DNA from: Candidatus Saccharimonadales bacterium
GTDB lineage: Bacteria; Patescibacteriota; Saccharimonadia; Saccharimonadales; UBA10212
Assembly (NCBI GenBank): GCA_038245195.1
Contig: JBBRSU010000002.1
Span: 35,091 to 99,090 of the forward strand
Length of the DNA: 64,000 nucleotides
Direction of reading: 5' to 3'
The translations under genes and the position numbers were made by a program. The stretch's first letter is position 1. Each line of letters starts with the position of its first letter. Positions 10,801 through 17,594 of this stretch are shown piece after piece. The notes under the pieces are model-generated. The model was not told where the DNA came from, did no database searches, and saw only the letters and a program-made list of their open reading frames with translations.

Positions 10801-11427
10801 ATGCTTAAAGGAATCTTTGATTTGCTCATTGGTTAAACCAAGGGCTTTTAGAAGAGTTGTTACGGCAATTTTGCGTTTACGGTCAATCTTTACGAATAAA
10901 GCACCGTTGGCTGAGGTCTCAAATTCTAACCACGCACCACGGACTGGGATTATTTTGGCACCGTATAGGCTAGTGCCACCGTGAGGATCAGCAGTGAAAA
11001 AAACACCAGATGAGCGAATTAACTGGCTGACTACAACCCTCTCAGCCCCGTTAATTACAAAGGTGCCGCGGCTGGTCATCCAAGGATAGTCGCCCAAATA
11101 GATTTCAGATTCTTTAATTTCACCGGTAACTTTATTGGTTAATTCGATGGTAGCTTTAAGCGGGGCGTCGTAGCTAACATTGTTCTCACGTGCCTCGGCT
11201 TCAGCCATCTTAGGGCTTTCAAAATGATAGTCTTTAAAGCTGATACTTAGTTTTGTGCCGGTATAGTCATCGATTGGACTAATTTCGGCCAATAGCTCAC
11301 CCAAACCTTCATCAACAAACCACTGGAAAGAGGTATTTTGGTGTGAAACCAGGTTGGGAGGATTAATAACATCGTCTTGGTTGGTAAAGTACGTGCGCTT
11401 TGCAATAGTTGCCGAATTTTTTGCCAT
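7891..11427 (-). CDS. rpoB: DNA-directed RNA polymerase subunit beta
   Basis: About 1178 aa with conserved beta motifs (GRHGNKGV, NPLGVPSRMNIGQ, FGEMEVWALEAYGA). The ORF track starts at TTG 11436. I prefer ATG 11427, which lies 11 nt after AAAGGAG, or TTG 11430. The start is uncertain by 3 codons. Confidence 0.96.
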   Translation of the reverse strand: MAKNSATIAKRTYFTNQDDVINPPNLVSHQNTSFQWFVDEGLGELLAEISPIDDYTGTKLSISFKDYHFESPKMAEAEARENNVSYDAPLKATIELTNKVTGEIKESEIYLGDYPWMTSRGTFVINGAERVVVSQLIRSSGVFFTADPHGGTSLYGAKIIPVRGAWLEFETSANGALFVKIDRKRKIAVTTLLKALGLTNEQIKDSFKHVDQGELNYIDATFVKDPTTTGNEALIEVYRRLRPGDLATVENARSLIENMFYNFKRFDFGKVGRYKINKRLNLDVTNTIDNRVMRIEDLIAVIAEIIRLNITQDPADEIDSLANRRVKLVGELVQRQFRIGLLRMERNAKDRMSMSEIETVTPAQLINARPVVAAVREFFASSQLSQFMDQINPLSELAHKRRLSSMGPGGLSRERAGFEVRDAHATHYGRICPVETPEGANIGLVLNLASFARINEYGFVETPYRKVINAVTPKDAVGHIARVDLEDEKGKVIVKADAVINDAAAKRLATVKSRATWPVKAKVTEQIIYLDAAEEETSVIAGAGNELDTKGYFKDGRVSARTNLEAGEVDADDVTYMDSAQSQTIGSSAGLIPFVEKNYVLRSLMGSNQQRQAVPLIKPQSPIVGTGMESIVAHNTGQLTVAEEDGVVEKATADEVIVNYKKAGKTTYYPIHFARSNEGSSINQVVVVGSGDKVKAGDSLIEGMSIADGELALGKDLLTAFMPWAGYNFEDAIILSRKLVEDDTLTSIHIVDYMTEVRETKLGPEIVTRDIPNVSEEALRHLDEDGIVRIGAEVHPGDILVGKITPKGEQELSSEERLLRAIFGEKAKEVRDTSQRMSTGRHGKVVGVKVFSRANGHELKAGVIMQIQVFVAQMRKISVGDKLGGRHGNKGVIARILPVEDMPFNEDGTPIDIVLNPLGVPSRMNIGQLFETHLGMAARALGIKVASPAFNGVPITKIQDLLVEAGLPRDGKQQLYDGRTGEAFSERTTVGSMYIIKLNHMVSDKIHARSTGPYTMVTQQPLGGKAQNGGQRFGEMEVWALEAYGAASTLQEMLTIKSDDVYGRAKAYESIIKGTAIQGPKVPESFNVLVKELQGLGLKVDLLANNQMVDAEEILAQNIKEEAKTIPTIDVLPSVIDNAVIEESVAEDMLHITDDEGITIETVAPELDDLENQTIEEA

Positions 11428-11546
11428 CAAAAGCAATACTCCTTTATTAATAAATTAGTTGTCGCTAAATGCGAAGCCCACTACGTTCGGCGATGCTATT
11501 AGTTCCCCACAGCGCAAGCACCAAAGTACACTACTTCTTACGCTAC

Positions 11547-11575
11547 ATTCTGAACTATGCTTGCGTAAGAGTCAA
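11547..11575 (-). promoter_or_regulatory. Candidate sigma70-type promoter for rpoBC (TTGACT-17-CAGAAT) with a ~115-nt leader ending in AAAGGAG
   Basis: Read on the minus strand: TTGACT (11575-11570), a 17-nt spacer, then CAGAAT (11552-11547). Sequence match only. Confidence 0.35.
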
Positions 11576-11613
11576 TAACTTTCTGTGTGATATTGCTCAC
11601 TAAACGTAAGGGA

Positions 11614-12243
11614 TTAGGCCGTTTTGGGAACCGATTGAGCCAGCTTTCGGCTATCAATTACTTTATCGACGAGGCCGTATTTTTCGGCCTCTTGGGCGCT
11701 CATCCAATAGTCTCTATCGACATCTGACTCTACTTTGGATAGTTTTTGGCCGGTGTTTCTGGCCAAAATCTCGTTCAATAGTTTCTTTAGGCGAATACCT
11801 TCTCGTAAATCAATCTCTAGATCGGTTATTTTTGAGCGTTGGCTACCACTGCTGGGCTGATGAATCATGACGGTGGCATGAGGTAAGATTAATCTTTTCC
11901 CTTTCGTGCCCGAACTAAGCAGAAAAGCTGCGGCACTGGCTTGTACGCCGATACCAACTGTTTGGATGTCGGGTTTAACAAACTGCATAGTGTCATAAAT
12001 TGCAAAAGCATCATAAACACTTCCACCTGGACTGTTTATATAAAAAATGATGTCCTTGTTGGGGTCTTGATTTTCTAAAAACAGCATTTGGGCCACCACT
12101 AAGTTGGCGGTATGCTCATTAACATCGTCGCCTAGGAATATAATCCGGTCTTTGAGCAAACGGCTAAATATATCGTAGGCCCGTTCCATGCGACCTTCGG
12201 TTTCAATAACAGTTGGTACTAAAGTTTGAGATTTTCTATCCAT
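11614..12243 (-). CDS. clpP: ATP-dependent Clp protease proteolytic subunit
   Basis: 209 aa. N-terminal VPTVIE...[19 protein letters not shown]. Ser (GVQASAAAF), His (IMIHQPSSG) and Asp ([10 protein letters not shown]) triad contexts are retained. Confidence 0.95.
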   Translation of the reverse strand: MDRKSQTLVPTVIETEGRMERAYDIFSRLLKDRIIFLGDDVNEHTANLVVAQMLFLENQDPNKDIIFYINSPGGSVYDAFAIYDTMQFVKPDIQTVGIGVQASAAAFLLSSGTKGKRLILPHATVMIHQPSSGSQRSKITDLEIDLREGIRLKKLLNEILARNTGQKLSKVESDVDRDYWMSAQEAEKYGLVDKVIDSRKLAQSVPKTA

Positions 12244-12252
12244 GTAGCCCCA

Positions 12253-12281
12253 ATTATACGCATCAAATTGGCACTCGTCAA
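12253..12281 (-). promoter_or_regulatory. clpP promoter: TTGACG-17-TATAAT, with the -10 ending 9 nt before the ATG
   Basis: Minus-strand read: TTAGCACTCTGGGTTGACGAGTGCCAATTTGATGCGTATAATTGGGGCTACATG. The hexamers are near-consensus and the spacer is optimal. The -35 lies inside the CIRCE-like repeat. Confidence 0.6.
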
Positions 12282-12294
12282 CCCAGAGTGCTAA
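12268..12294. promoter_or_regulatory. CIRCE-like inverted repeat (HrcA-type operator) upstream of clpP
   Basis: The plus strand reads TTgGCACTC-N9-GAGTGCTAA against the consensus TTAGCACTC-N9-GAGTGCTAA, so 17 of 18 arm positions match. It overlaps the tig stop codon and the clpP -35. Confidence 0.65.
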
Positions 12295-13571
12295 TTTTTG
12301 GTGGCGTAGTCGATAAGTTTGGCCAGGGTTTTTTCGGTAAGTAAACGTGATTGGATGTCTCTTTGATTATCAGGTTTATCTAGTTCACTTTGCATCTGGG
12401 GGTCTTGGTATTGGCCTTTTAGGAGTTGCATTCTAAGCTCTATTTCCTCAGGGGTAACCACCAAGCCTTCTTTACTAGCAATCTCGCTGAGTATTAGGCC
12501 AACTTTTACTCGCTCAAGCGCTTCTGGGTAGTGTCTTTTACGATGCTCGGCCTCATTAATCCCCTCTGAATCCAGATGTTCTTGCCAGGTTTCTCCGCGG
12601 TAAGCCAGGTTTTGCTTTTCTTGTTCCTCAAGGTGCAAGTTTTCTTCTTGAACTAAGCTTTCGGGTACTTCAATCTCAGTTTGTGCGGCAATTTTCCTGA
12701 CGATTTCGTTTTGGTAATCAATTTTGGCCTGATTCTGTTTCTCGACCAATAGCTGCTTTTTAATGTCAGTCTTGAGCTCAGCCAGGCTCTTAAAAGGGCC
12801 GCTTTTACTGGCGAGCTCATCATCAGCTTTGGGCTCCTTCAACTCGGTAACCTTGTTAACATCAACCTTAAAGCTAACTTTTTTACTCTGAAGAACGGCT
12901 ACACCGTAATTTTTGGGAAAGGTAATTTCGAACTGCTTAGTCTCTCCGGGCTTTAATCCAATCAAGTTTTCTTCGAAACCGGGTATGAAGCTTTTACTAC
13001 CAAGAACTAGTGGGTAGTCTTTGCCATCAGCACCACCAACTGGTTGGCCATTTTCATCCGAACCAACAAAATTAATGATTAGTTCATCGCCGGCTTTGGC
13101 GGCTCGTTCCACCTCAGCTCGCTCGGCCAACCTCGTTTGAAGCGACCTAATTACCCCGTTGATGTCAGCAGTAGTGACTTCTGGCTTCTTCATAGCAACT
13201 TTAATAGCTTTATAGTTAGGTAATTTAACCGGTCCCAAGATTTCAGTTTCGGCCTCAAATTCCATATTGGTATATGGCACAAATTTTTTGAGTTGAACGT
13301 TTGGTGTGGAAATTGGTCGGGCTTGTTCTTGGTCGATGGCTCGCCGATATAGCTCGTTTAAGGCATGCTCCATAAACTCGTCTAATAAGGCCTGGTGGCT
13401 AATATTTTGTTCGACTAAGTGAGCTGGAGCTTTGCCGGCCCGGAACCCTGGAACTTTAACTGTCTTAAAATGGCTGAGTACATGTTTTCGGATTGGCTCT
13501 AAGTCGCTGGCATCAGCCACCACTTTAATCACAATCTTAGTAGGGGTTTTATCTTCTCTAATTACTCGCAT
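12291..13571 (-). CDS. tig: Trigger factor
   Basis: 426 aa. It has the N-terminal ribosome-binding GFRxGKAP motif ([14 protein letters not shown]), a central FKBP-like domain and a C-terminal arm domain. The tig-clpP order is conserved. Confidence 0.93.
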   Translation of the reverse strand: MRVIREDKTPTKIVIKVVADASDLEPIRKHVLSHFKTVKVPGFRAGKAPAHLVEQNISHQALLDEFMEHALNELYRRAIDQEQARPISTPNVQLKKFVPYTNMEFEAETEILGPVKLPNYKAIKVAMKKPEVTTADINGVIRSLQTRLAERAEVERAAKAGDELIINFVGSDENGQPVGGADGKDYPLVLGSKSFIPGFEENLIGLKPGETKQFEITFPKNYGVAVLQSKKVSFKVDVNKVTELKEPKADDELASKSGPFKSLAELKTDIKKQLLVEKQNQAKIDYQNEIVRKIAAQTEIEVPESLVQEENLHLEEQEKQNLAYRGETWQEHLDSEGINEAEHRKRHYPEALERVKVGLILSEIASKEGLVVTPEEIELRMQLLKGQYQDPQMQSELDKPDNQRDIQSRLLTEKTLAKLIDYATKN

Positions 13572-13579
13572 AGGCGATA

Positions 13580-13609
13580 ATTATATCTTAAAAACCTTTA
13601 AATTTCTAA
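13580..13609 (-). promoter_or_regulatory. Candidate tig promoter (TTAGAA-18-TATAAT), with the -10 ending 8 nt before the ATG
   Basis: Minus-strand read: TTAGAAATTTAAAGGTTTTTAAGATATAATTATCGCCTATG. There is no Shine-Dalgarno sequence. Confidence 0.4.
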
Positions 13610-13623
13610 TTGAGTATTTTGAT

Positions 13624-14922
13624 TTAACTTTGGATGTGCCGGACGGCCAAGCTGCTGGCAATTTGTTCAAGGCTTAGGCTTTTTTCTTCACCTTTTTGTA
13701 AGTCGCGTAGTTTAAAAGTTTGAGATTCAAGTTCTTCATCGCCAATGAATAAGCAGTAACGAATACCTGATTTTACAGCGTTTTTAATTTGAGAGTCTAG
13801 TTTACGGGTACTGGTATCTACCGCTACATTTACAGCCATACCCCGCAGTTCTTTAACGACGATTTGTGCTTTTTGATAAACCTCACCAATTAAGATCACC
13901 ACTACATCGGTCTCAGGCTCGAGCTTAGGCAATAGCTTATGGGCTTCTAAAAACCTCAGGAGAGTCACGTCGCCCATCCCAAAACCAACAGTAGCAATCG
14001 GCTCAACTCCAAATAAACCGACTAAACCGTCGTAACGACCACCACCAAACATCGAACGAATATTCTCGGGTTTGGAATCAAACACTTCAAATACAATCCC
14101 ATTGTAATAATCCATGCCACGGATAACCGAGAAGTCAAAGACAGCGCTTTTTACTCCCGAACTGGCCAGCAATTCCATCAGTTCATTAAGATCTTTAACC
14201 GACTGGTGGTTTCTTATTTCAGTTGGCAATGTGCCCAAATCTTTGGACTCCATCAGTTCAATTAATTCCCTATAGAGTTTATCGTCGTTTAGGATTTCTG
14301 AGGCGTGCTGATGAAACTCAGCCTTTTCGATTTTGTGCCAACGATCTATCAGTTTGGTTGTCTGATAAACCTGCTGGTCACTCAGTTTCATATAGTCTTT
14401 AAGATATAAATCAACTAGTTGACGGCTGTTAATCCTGATTACGTAGTTATTACTATGTGCTCCAAAGGCTTGCAAAATAGCATCGGCGATTTGAATAATC
14501 TCATGGTCGGCGGCTAGGCTTTCAACGCCAAACAGATCGACGTTTAACTGCCAATGCTCCCTTAGCCGACCAGCCTGGGGTCGTTCGTATCGCCATAGAT
14601 TTGGTAGGCTATACCAACGTAGTGGATAAGCGAGTTCTTGGCGTTTGGCCGCCACCATTCGGCTAACCGAAGGCGTCATTTCTGGTCTGATAGCAACCTG
14701 GCGCCCCCCCTTGTCTTGGAAAGTATAAAGTTGCTGGTTAACAATTTCCTCACCGGTTTTGGCTTGATAAATCTCAAGTGATTCCAGTATCGGTGCGTCA
14801 TACTCTAAGTAGCCAAAACTTTCGGCCACTTTACGCAAGACTCCAAACATATACTTTTGAAGCTGTTTGTCTTGGGGGTAAAAATCCCTCGTTCCTTTGT
14901 AGGGCTGCGTTTGTAAGCTCAT
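13624..14922 (-). CDS. hisS: Histidine--tRNA ligase
   Basis: 432 aa. Class II HisRS motifs are present (GTRDFYP, RPEMTPS, RWYSLPNLWRYERPQAGRLREHWQ, GGGRYDGL), followed by a C-terminal anticodon-binding domain. Confidence 0.95.
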   Translation of the reverse strand: MSLQTQPYKGTRDFYPQDKQLQKYMFGVLRKVAESFGYLEYDAPILESLEIYQAKTGEEIVNQQLYTFQDKGGRQVAIRPEMTPSVSRMVAAKRQELAYPLRWYSLPNLWRYERPQAGRLREHWQLNVDLFGVESLAADHEIIQIADAILQAFGAHSNNYVIRINSRQLVDLYLKDYMKLSDQQVYQTTKLIDRWHKIEKAEFHQHASEILNDDKLYRELIELMESKDLGTLPTEIRNHQSVKDLNELMELLASSGVKSAVFDFSVIRGMDYYNGIVFEVFDSKPENIRSMFGGGRYDGLVGLFGVEPIATVGFGMGDVTLLRFLEAHKLLPKLEPETDVVVILIGEVYQKAQIVVKELRGMAVNVAVDTSTRKLDSQIKNAVKSGIRYCLFIGDEELESQTFKLRDLQKGEEKSLSLEQIASSLAVRHIQS

Positions 14923-14929
14923 ATATTTA

Positions 14930-14976
14930 GCCTAATTATAACGGACAAAAAAATTAAAACCGATATATAATTAGGC
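14930..14976. promoter_or_regulatory. Divergent promoter pair built from an 11-bp perfect inverted repeat (GCCTAATTATA ... TATAATTAGGC), each arm carrying TATAAT
   Basis: The arms are at 14930-14940 and 14966-14976. The plus-strand TATAAT (14966-14971) ends 7 nt before ATG 14979. The minus-strand TATAAT (14940-14935) ends 12 nt before the hisS ATG at 14922. Confidence 0.45.
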
Positions 14977-14978
14977 GG

Positions 14979-15713
14979 ATGGCCAGAAAAAGTAAACGAC
15001 CAAGGAAAAATTCCCCACTTAATTTTCCTGGAGCCTTTGGGCTCTTTAAGCCAAGTAAAGAACTAGTACTAAAGAATGCTTGGATTTTTGGACCGCTGTA
15101 TGCAACTCCATTGATTTTTGGGATCCACAGCTGGATATGGACTCCAGCCAATGTTAATGGTCATAGCTGGCAGCACAGTTACAGCCTAAATTGGCCAGGC
15201 GGGCCACTGCCGACTTACGATTCCTCAATATTTATTGGTTTTTCGATTTTTTGGTTAATATTTGTTCTGGTTGCTGGTACCCTTGCCTCAGTGATGTCCC
15301 AAGCTGCTCAGCTAGATGCGGTTGAAGGCAAACCATTGGATTTTCAGATTCTATGGCAAACTGTTAAAAAAGTTGGGCTGAGATTGTTTGGCTTATACAT
15401 AGCGACCGGCATAGTAGTGATTTTAGGTCTATTCCTTTTAATCGTACCTGGCCTAATCTTTATTCGTAGGTATTTCTTGGCACCTTATATAATGATAGAA
15501 AAACAAATCGGGATTCGTGAAGCTATGGATCAAAGTGCCGAACTGTCGAAACGAAACACTGGGTCGGTCTGGGGAGTAATTGGTGTAATGGTTTTAATCA
15601 GTATGATTGCCATTGTTCCATTTATTGGCGGGTTGGTAGCTTTTATCCTAGGTAGTTTGTATTCGGTCGCACCGGCCTTGCGCTACCAACAGCTTAAGCG
15701 GTTAGCTGTTTAG
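14979..15713 (+). CDS. Hypothetical polytopic membrane protein (DUF975/YciC-like topology)
   Basis: 244 aa with a basic N-terminus and four to five long hydrophobic segments (e.g. IFIGFSIFWLIFVLVAGTLA, LYIATGIVVILGLFLLIVPGLIFI). I recognise no catalytic motif. Confidence 0.8.
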   Translation: MARKSKRPRKNSPLNFPGAFGLFKPSKELVLKNAWIFGPLYATPLIFGIHSWIWTPANVNGHSWQHSYSLNWPGGPLPTYDSSIFIGFSIFWLIFVLVAGTLASVMSQAAQLDAVEGKPLDFQILWQTVKKVGLRLFGLYIATGIVVILGLFLLIVPGLIFIRRYFLAPYIMIEKQIGIREAMDQSAELSKRNTGSVWGVIGVMVLISMIAIVPFIGGLVAFILGSLYSVAPALRYQQLKRLAV

Positions 15714-15715
15714 CT

Positions 15716-16912
15716 TTAGTTAGATAGATTAGTTATGGCTTCAGCGAAGGCCGCTTCTTTAAGTGGCACTTTATCTTTTTGTGAGCGCTCAAAAACTTTG
15801 GCTGTGGCATCGACTAAGTATTTTTCTAGTTGCTGGTTAACCTTGTCTTCGATCCAGTGCTCACCTTTTTTATTTTGGTCCCATTCTAGGTAGCTGACTA
15901 TCACACCACCGGCGTTAGCAAGGATATCAGGGATGTCCGTAATGTTTTGTTTGTCCAAACTTTCGTAGGCCGAATATGTGACAGGCCCGTTGGCTAACTC
16001 CAAAATAATCTTTGATTTTATCTTGCTGACGTTAGTCTCATCTACGGCATTTTCTAAAGCTGCCAGAACTAAAACGTCAACATCTAAAGCTAGTAATCCG
16101 TTGTTATCGACCTTTTGGCCGGATTTGTAATCAGCCAGTTTGCCACCTTGCTTCTTATATTCATCCAGCGCACTTGCTGACAGGCCGGCAGGTTCATAGA
16201 TCCCACCGCTAGAATCAGTGGCGGATACTAATTTCCAGTTTGGATGTTCCTTTTCGGCTATCAAAGCAAAGTAAGAGCCCACATTGCCCCAACCTTGCAC
16301 CGCATAAGTTACTCCTTCTAAAATGCTTGACTTGTTAAGTATTTCTCTGAGGACGATTACCCCACCGCGACCAGTGGCGGCGTCACGGCCCAAACTGCCG
16401 CCATTACCTATACTTTTGCCAGTAAAGCTGGCCTTGGTCTTGTCGCCGCTTAAGTTTTGGTATTCGTCTGTCATCCAATCGATTATCTGGGCGTTGGTGT
16501 TAACGTCCGGCGCCGGCACGTCTTTGTCCGGGCCGATATGGTCTTTTAGCCCCCTAACGTACTTACGGGAAAGCTCCTCTAAAGCTTCTTTAGAAAGTTG
16601 GCGGGGGTCTACAGCTATGCCACCCTTGCCTCCGCCCATTGGGATGCCAACGACGGCTGTTTTAAAACTCATTAATGTTGCCAGGGCTCTAACTTCGTCA
16701 TAATCAACCTGCGGATGAAAGCGGATGCCGCCTTTATACGGGCCGCGCTTATTACTATGCTGGACGCGGTAAGCGTCGTATTTACTGCCGTCTGTCAGCT
16801 CTATTTCAAAATTATGCTCGGCATCGGTTTTAATAAGTTCTTCGATTTGCTCATCACTTAAGCCCATTTTTTTGCCGGCTTGCCGAATCAATTTACGCGC
16901 CGTATCTAACAT
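15716..16912 (-). CDS. gdhA: Glu/Leu/Phe/Val-family (glutamate) dehydrogenase
   Basis: Motifs present: GPYKGGIRFHP, the GGGKGG catalytic-Lys region, and the Rossmann segment VQGWGNVG. I trimmed the start to ATG 16912, which is preceded by AGAGGGA. The longer track ORF (to 16984) overlaps the tRNA-Leu gene. Confidence 0.93.
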   Translation of the reverse strand: MLDTARKLIRQAGKKMGLSDEQIEELIKTDAEHNFEIELTDGSKYDAYRVQHSNKRGPYKGGIRFHPQVDYDEVRALATLMSFKTAVVGIPMGGGKGGIAVDPRQLSKEALEELSRKYVRGLKDHIGPDKDVPAPDVNTNAQIIDWMTDEYQNLSGDKTKASFTGKSIGNGGSLGRDAATGRGGVIVLREILNKSSILEGVTYAVQGWGNVGSYFALIAEKEHPNWKLVSATDSSGGIYEPAGLSASALDEYKKQGGKLADYKSGQKVDNNGLLALDVDVLVLAALENAVDETNVSKIKSKIILELANGPVTYSAYESLDKQNITDIPDILANAGGVIVSYLEWDQNKKGEHWIEDKVNQQLEKYLVDATAKVFERSQKDKVPLKEAAFAEAITNLSN

Positions 16913-16942
16913 TATCCCTCTTTCTTTGTTACTAACTTCTTC

Positions 16943-17027
16943 TGGTGGGGATGAAAGGACTTGAACCTTCACGTCTTGCGACACCAGGTCCTAAACCTGG
17001 CGTGTCTACCAATTCCACCACATCCCC
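16943..17027 (-). tRNA. tRNA-Leu (anticodon UAG), type II with a long variable arm and encoded CCA
   Basis: Minus-strand sequence: GGGGATGTGGTGGAATTGGTAGACACGCCAGGTTTAGGACCTGGTGTCGCAAGACGTGAAGGTTCAAGTCCTTTCATCCCCACCA. It has a 7-bp acceptor stem and the anticodon stem-loop CCAGG-TTTAGGA-CCTGG, with a GTC-GCAA-GAC variable arm and a T-loop TTCAAGT. Confidence 0.92.
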
Positions 17028-17049
17028 GTTTTGAATTAACAGATGTATT

Positions 17050-17583
17050 TTACTTGATTTTACGATAAAAAACTAGCTGGGCATCACCGTAATTTTTATC
17101 AGCCACCACCTCAGTATTATCGAACTCCGGCGGTTTAATGTGGCCTGGGTATGACAATACAGCTAAACCTGTTTTTTTAACATGACGCTTGATAAGCCGA
17201 TTAAGTAAATCGGTTTGGAGTTCTTCGTAGGGTGGGTCCAGTAAGACAATATCGAACCGCTTCTCCATATTGTGAAGACTCCAACCACCGGCATTGGCTT
17301 TGACAGCTTTTACTAACTTAGGGCACAGTTGTTTAATGTTTTGCTCCAATACTTTGTGGGCGGCACTGTCCCTATCAATAGCAATGACCGACTTGGCCCC
17401 TCGACTGGCGGCTTCGAAAGCCAAAGCCCCGCTGCCAGCGAAAGCATCCAAAAAGCTCAGCCCTTCTATATCACCTAAAACATTAAATAACGCCCCTCTA
17501 ACTTTGTCACTCATTGGATGGGTCTTATGGCCGTGAGGAGAATGAAATTCTCGATTTTTGAGTTGGCCAGCAATTACTCTCAT
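17050..17583 (-). CDS. rsmD: 16S rRNA (guanine966-N2)-methyltransferase
   Basis: 177 aa with SAM-binding LDAFAGSGALAFEAASRGA and a DPPY motif (LLDPPYE). Confidence 0.9.
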   Translation of the reverse strand: MRVIAGQLKNREFHSPHGHKTHPMSDKVRGALFNVLGDIEGLSFLDAFAGSGALAFEAASRGAKSVIAIDRDSAAHKVLEQNIKQLCPKLVKAVKANAGGWSLHNMEKRFDIVLLDPPYEELQTDLLNRLIKRHVKKTGLAVLSYPGHIKPPEFDNTEVVADKNYGDAQLVFYRKIK

Positions 17584-17594
17584 AGTCTATACTC

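Noticed and set aside
11537-11569. 7-bp inverted repeat CTTACGC...GCGTAAG downstream of clpP, considered as an intrinsic terminator
   Set aside because: It has a 19-nt loop and no following U-tract on the transcribed strand, and it overlaps the candidate rpoB promoter. It is not convincing as a terminator.
16913-16984. N-terminal 24 codons of the longest gdh ORF
   Set aside because: This extension overlaps the well-formed tRNA-Leu gene (16943-17027) on the same strand. An internal ATG at 16912 with an AGAGGGA SD gives a normal GDH N-terminus.
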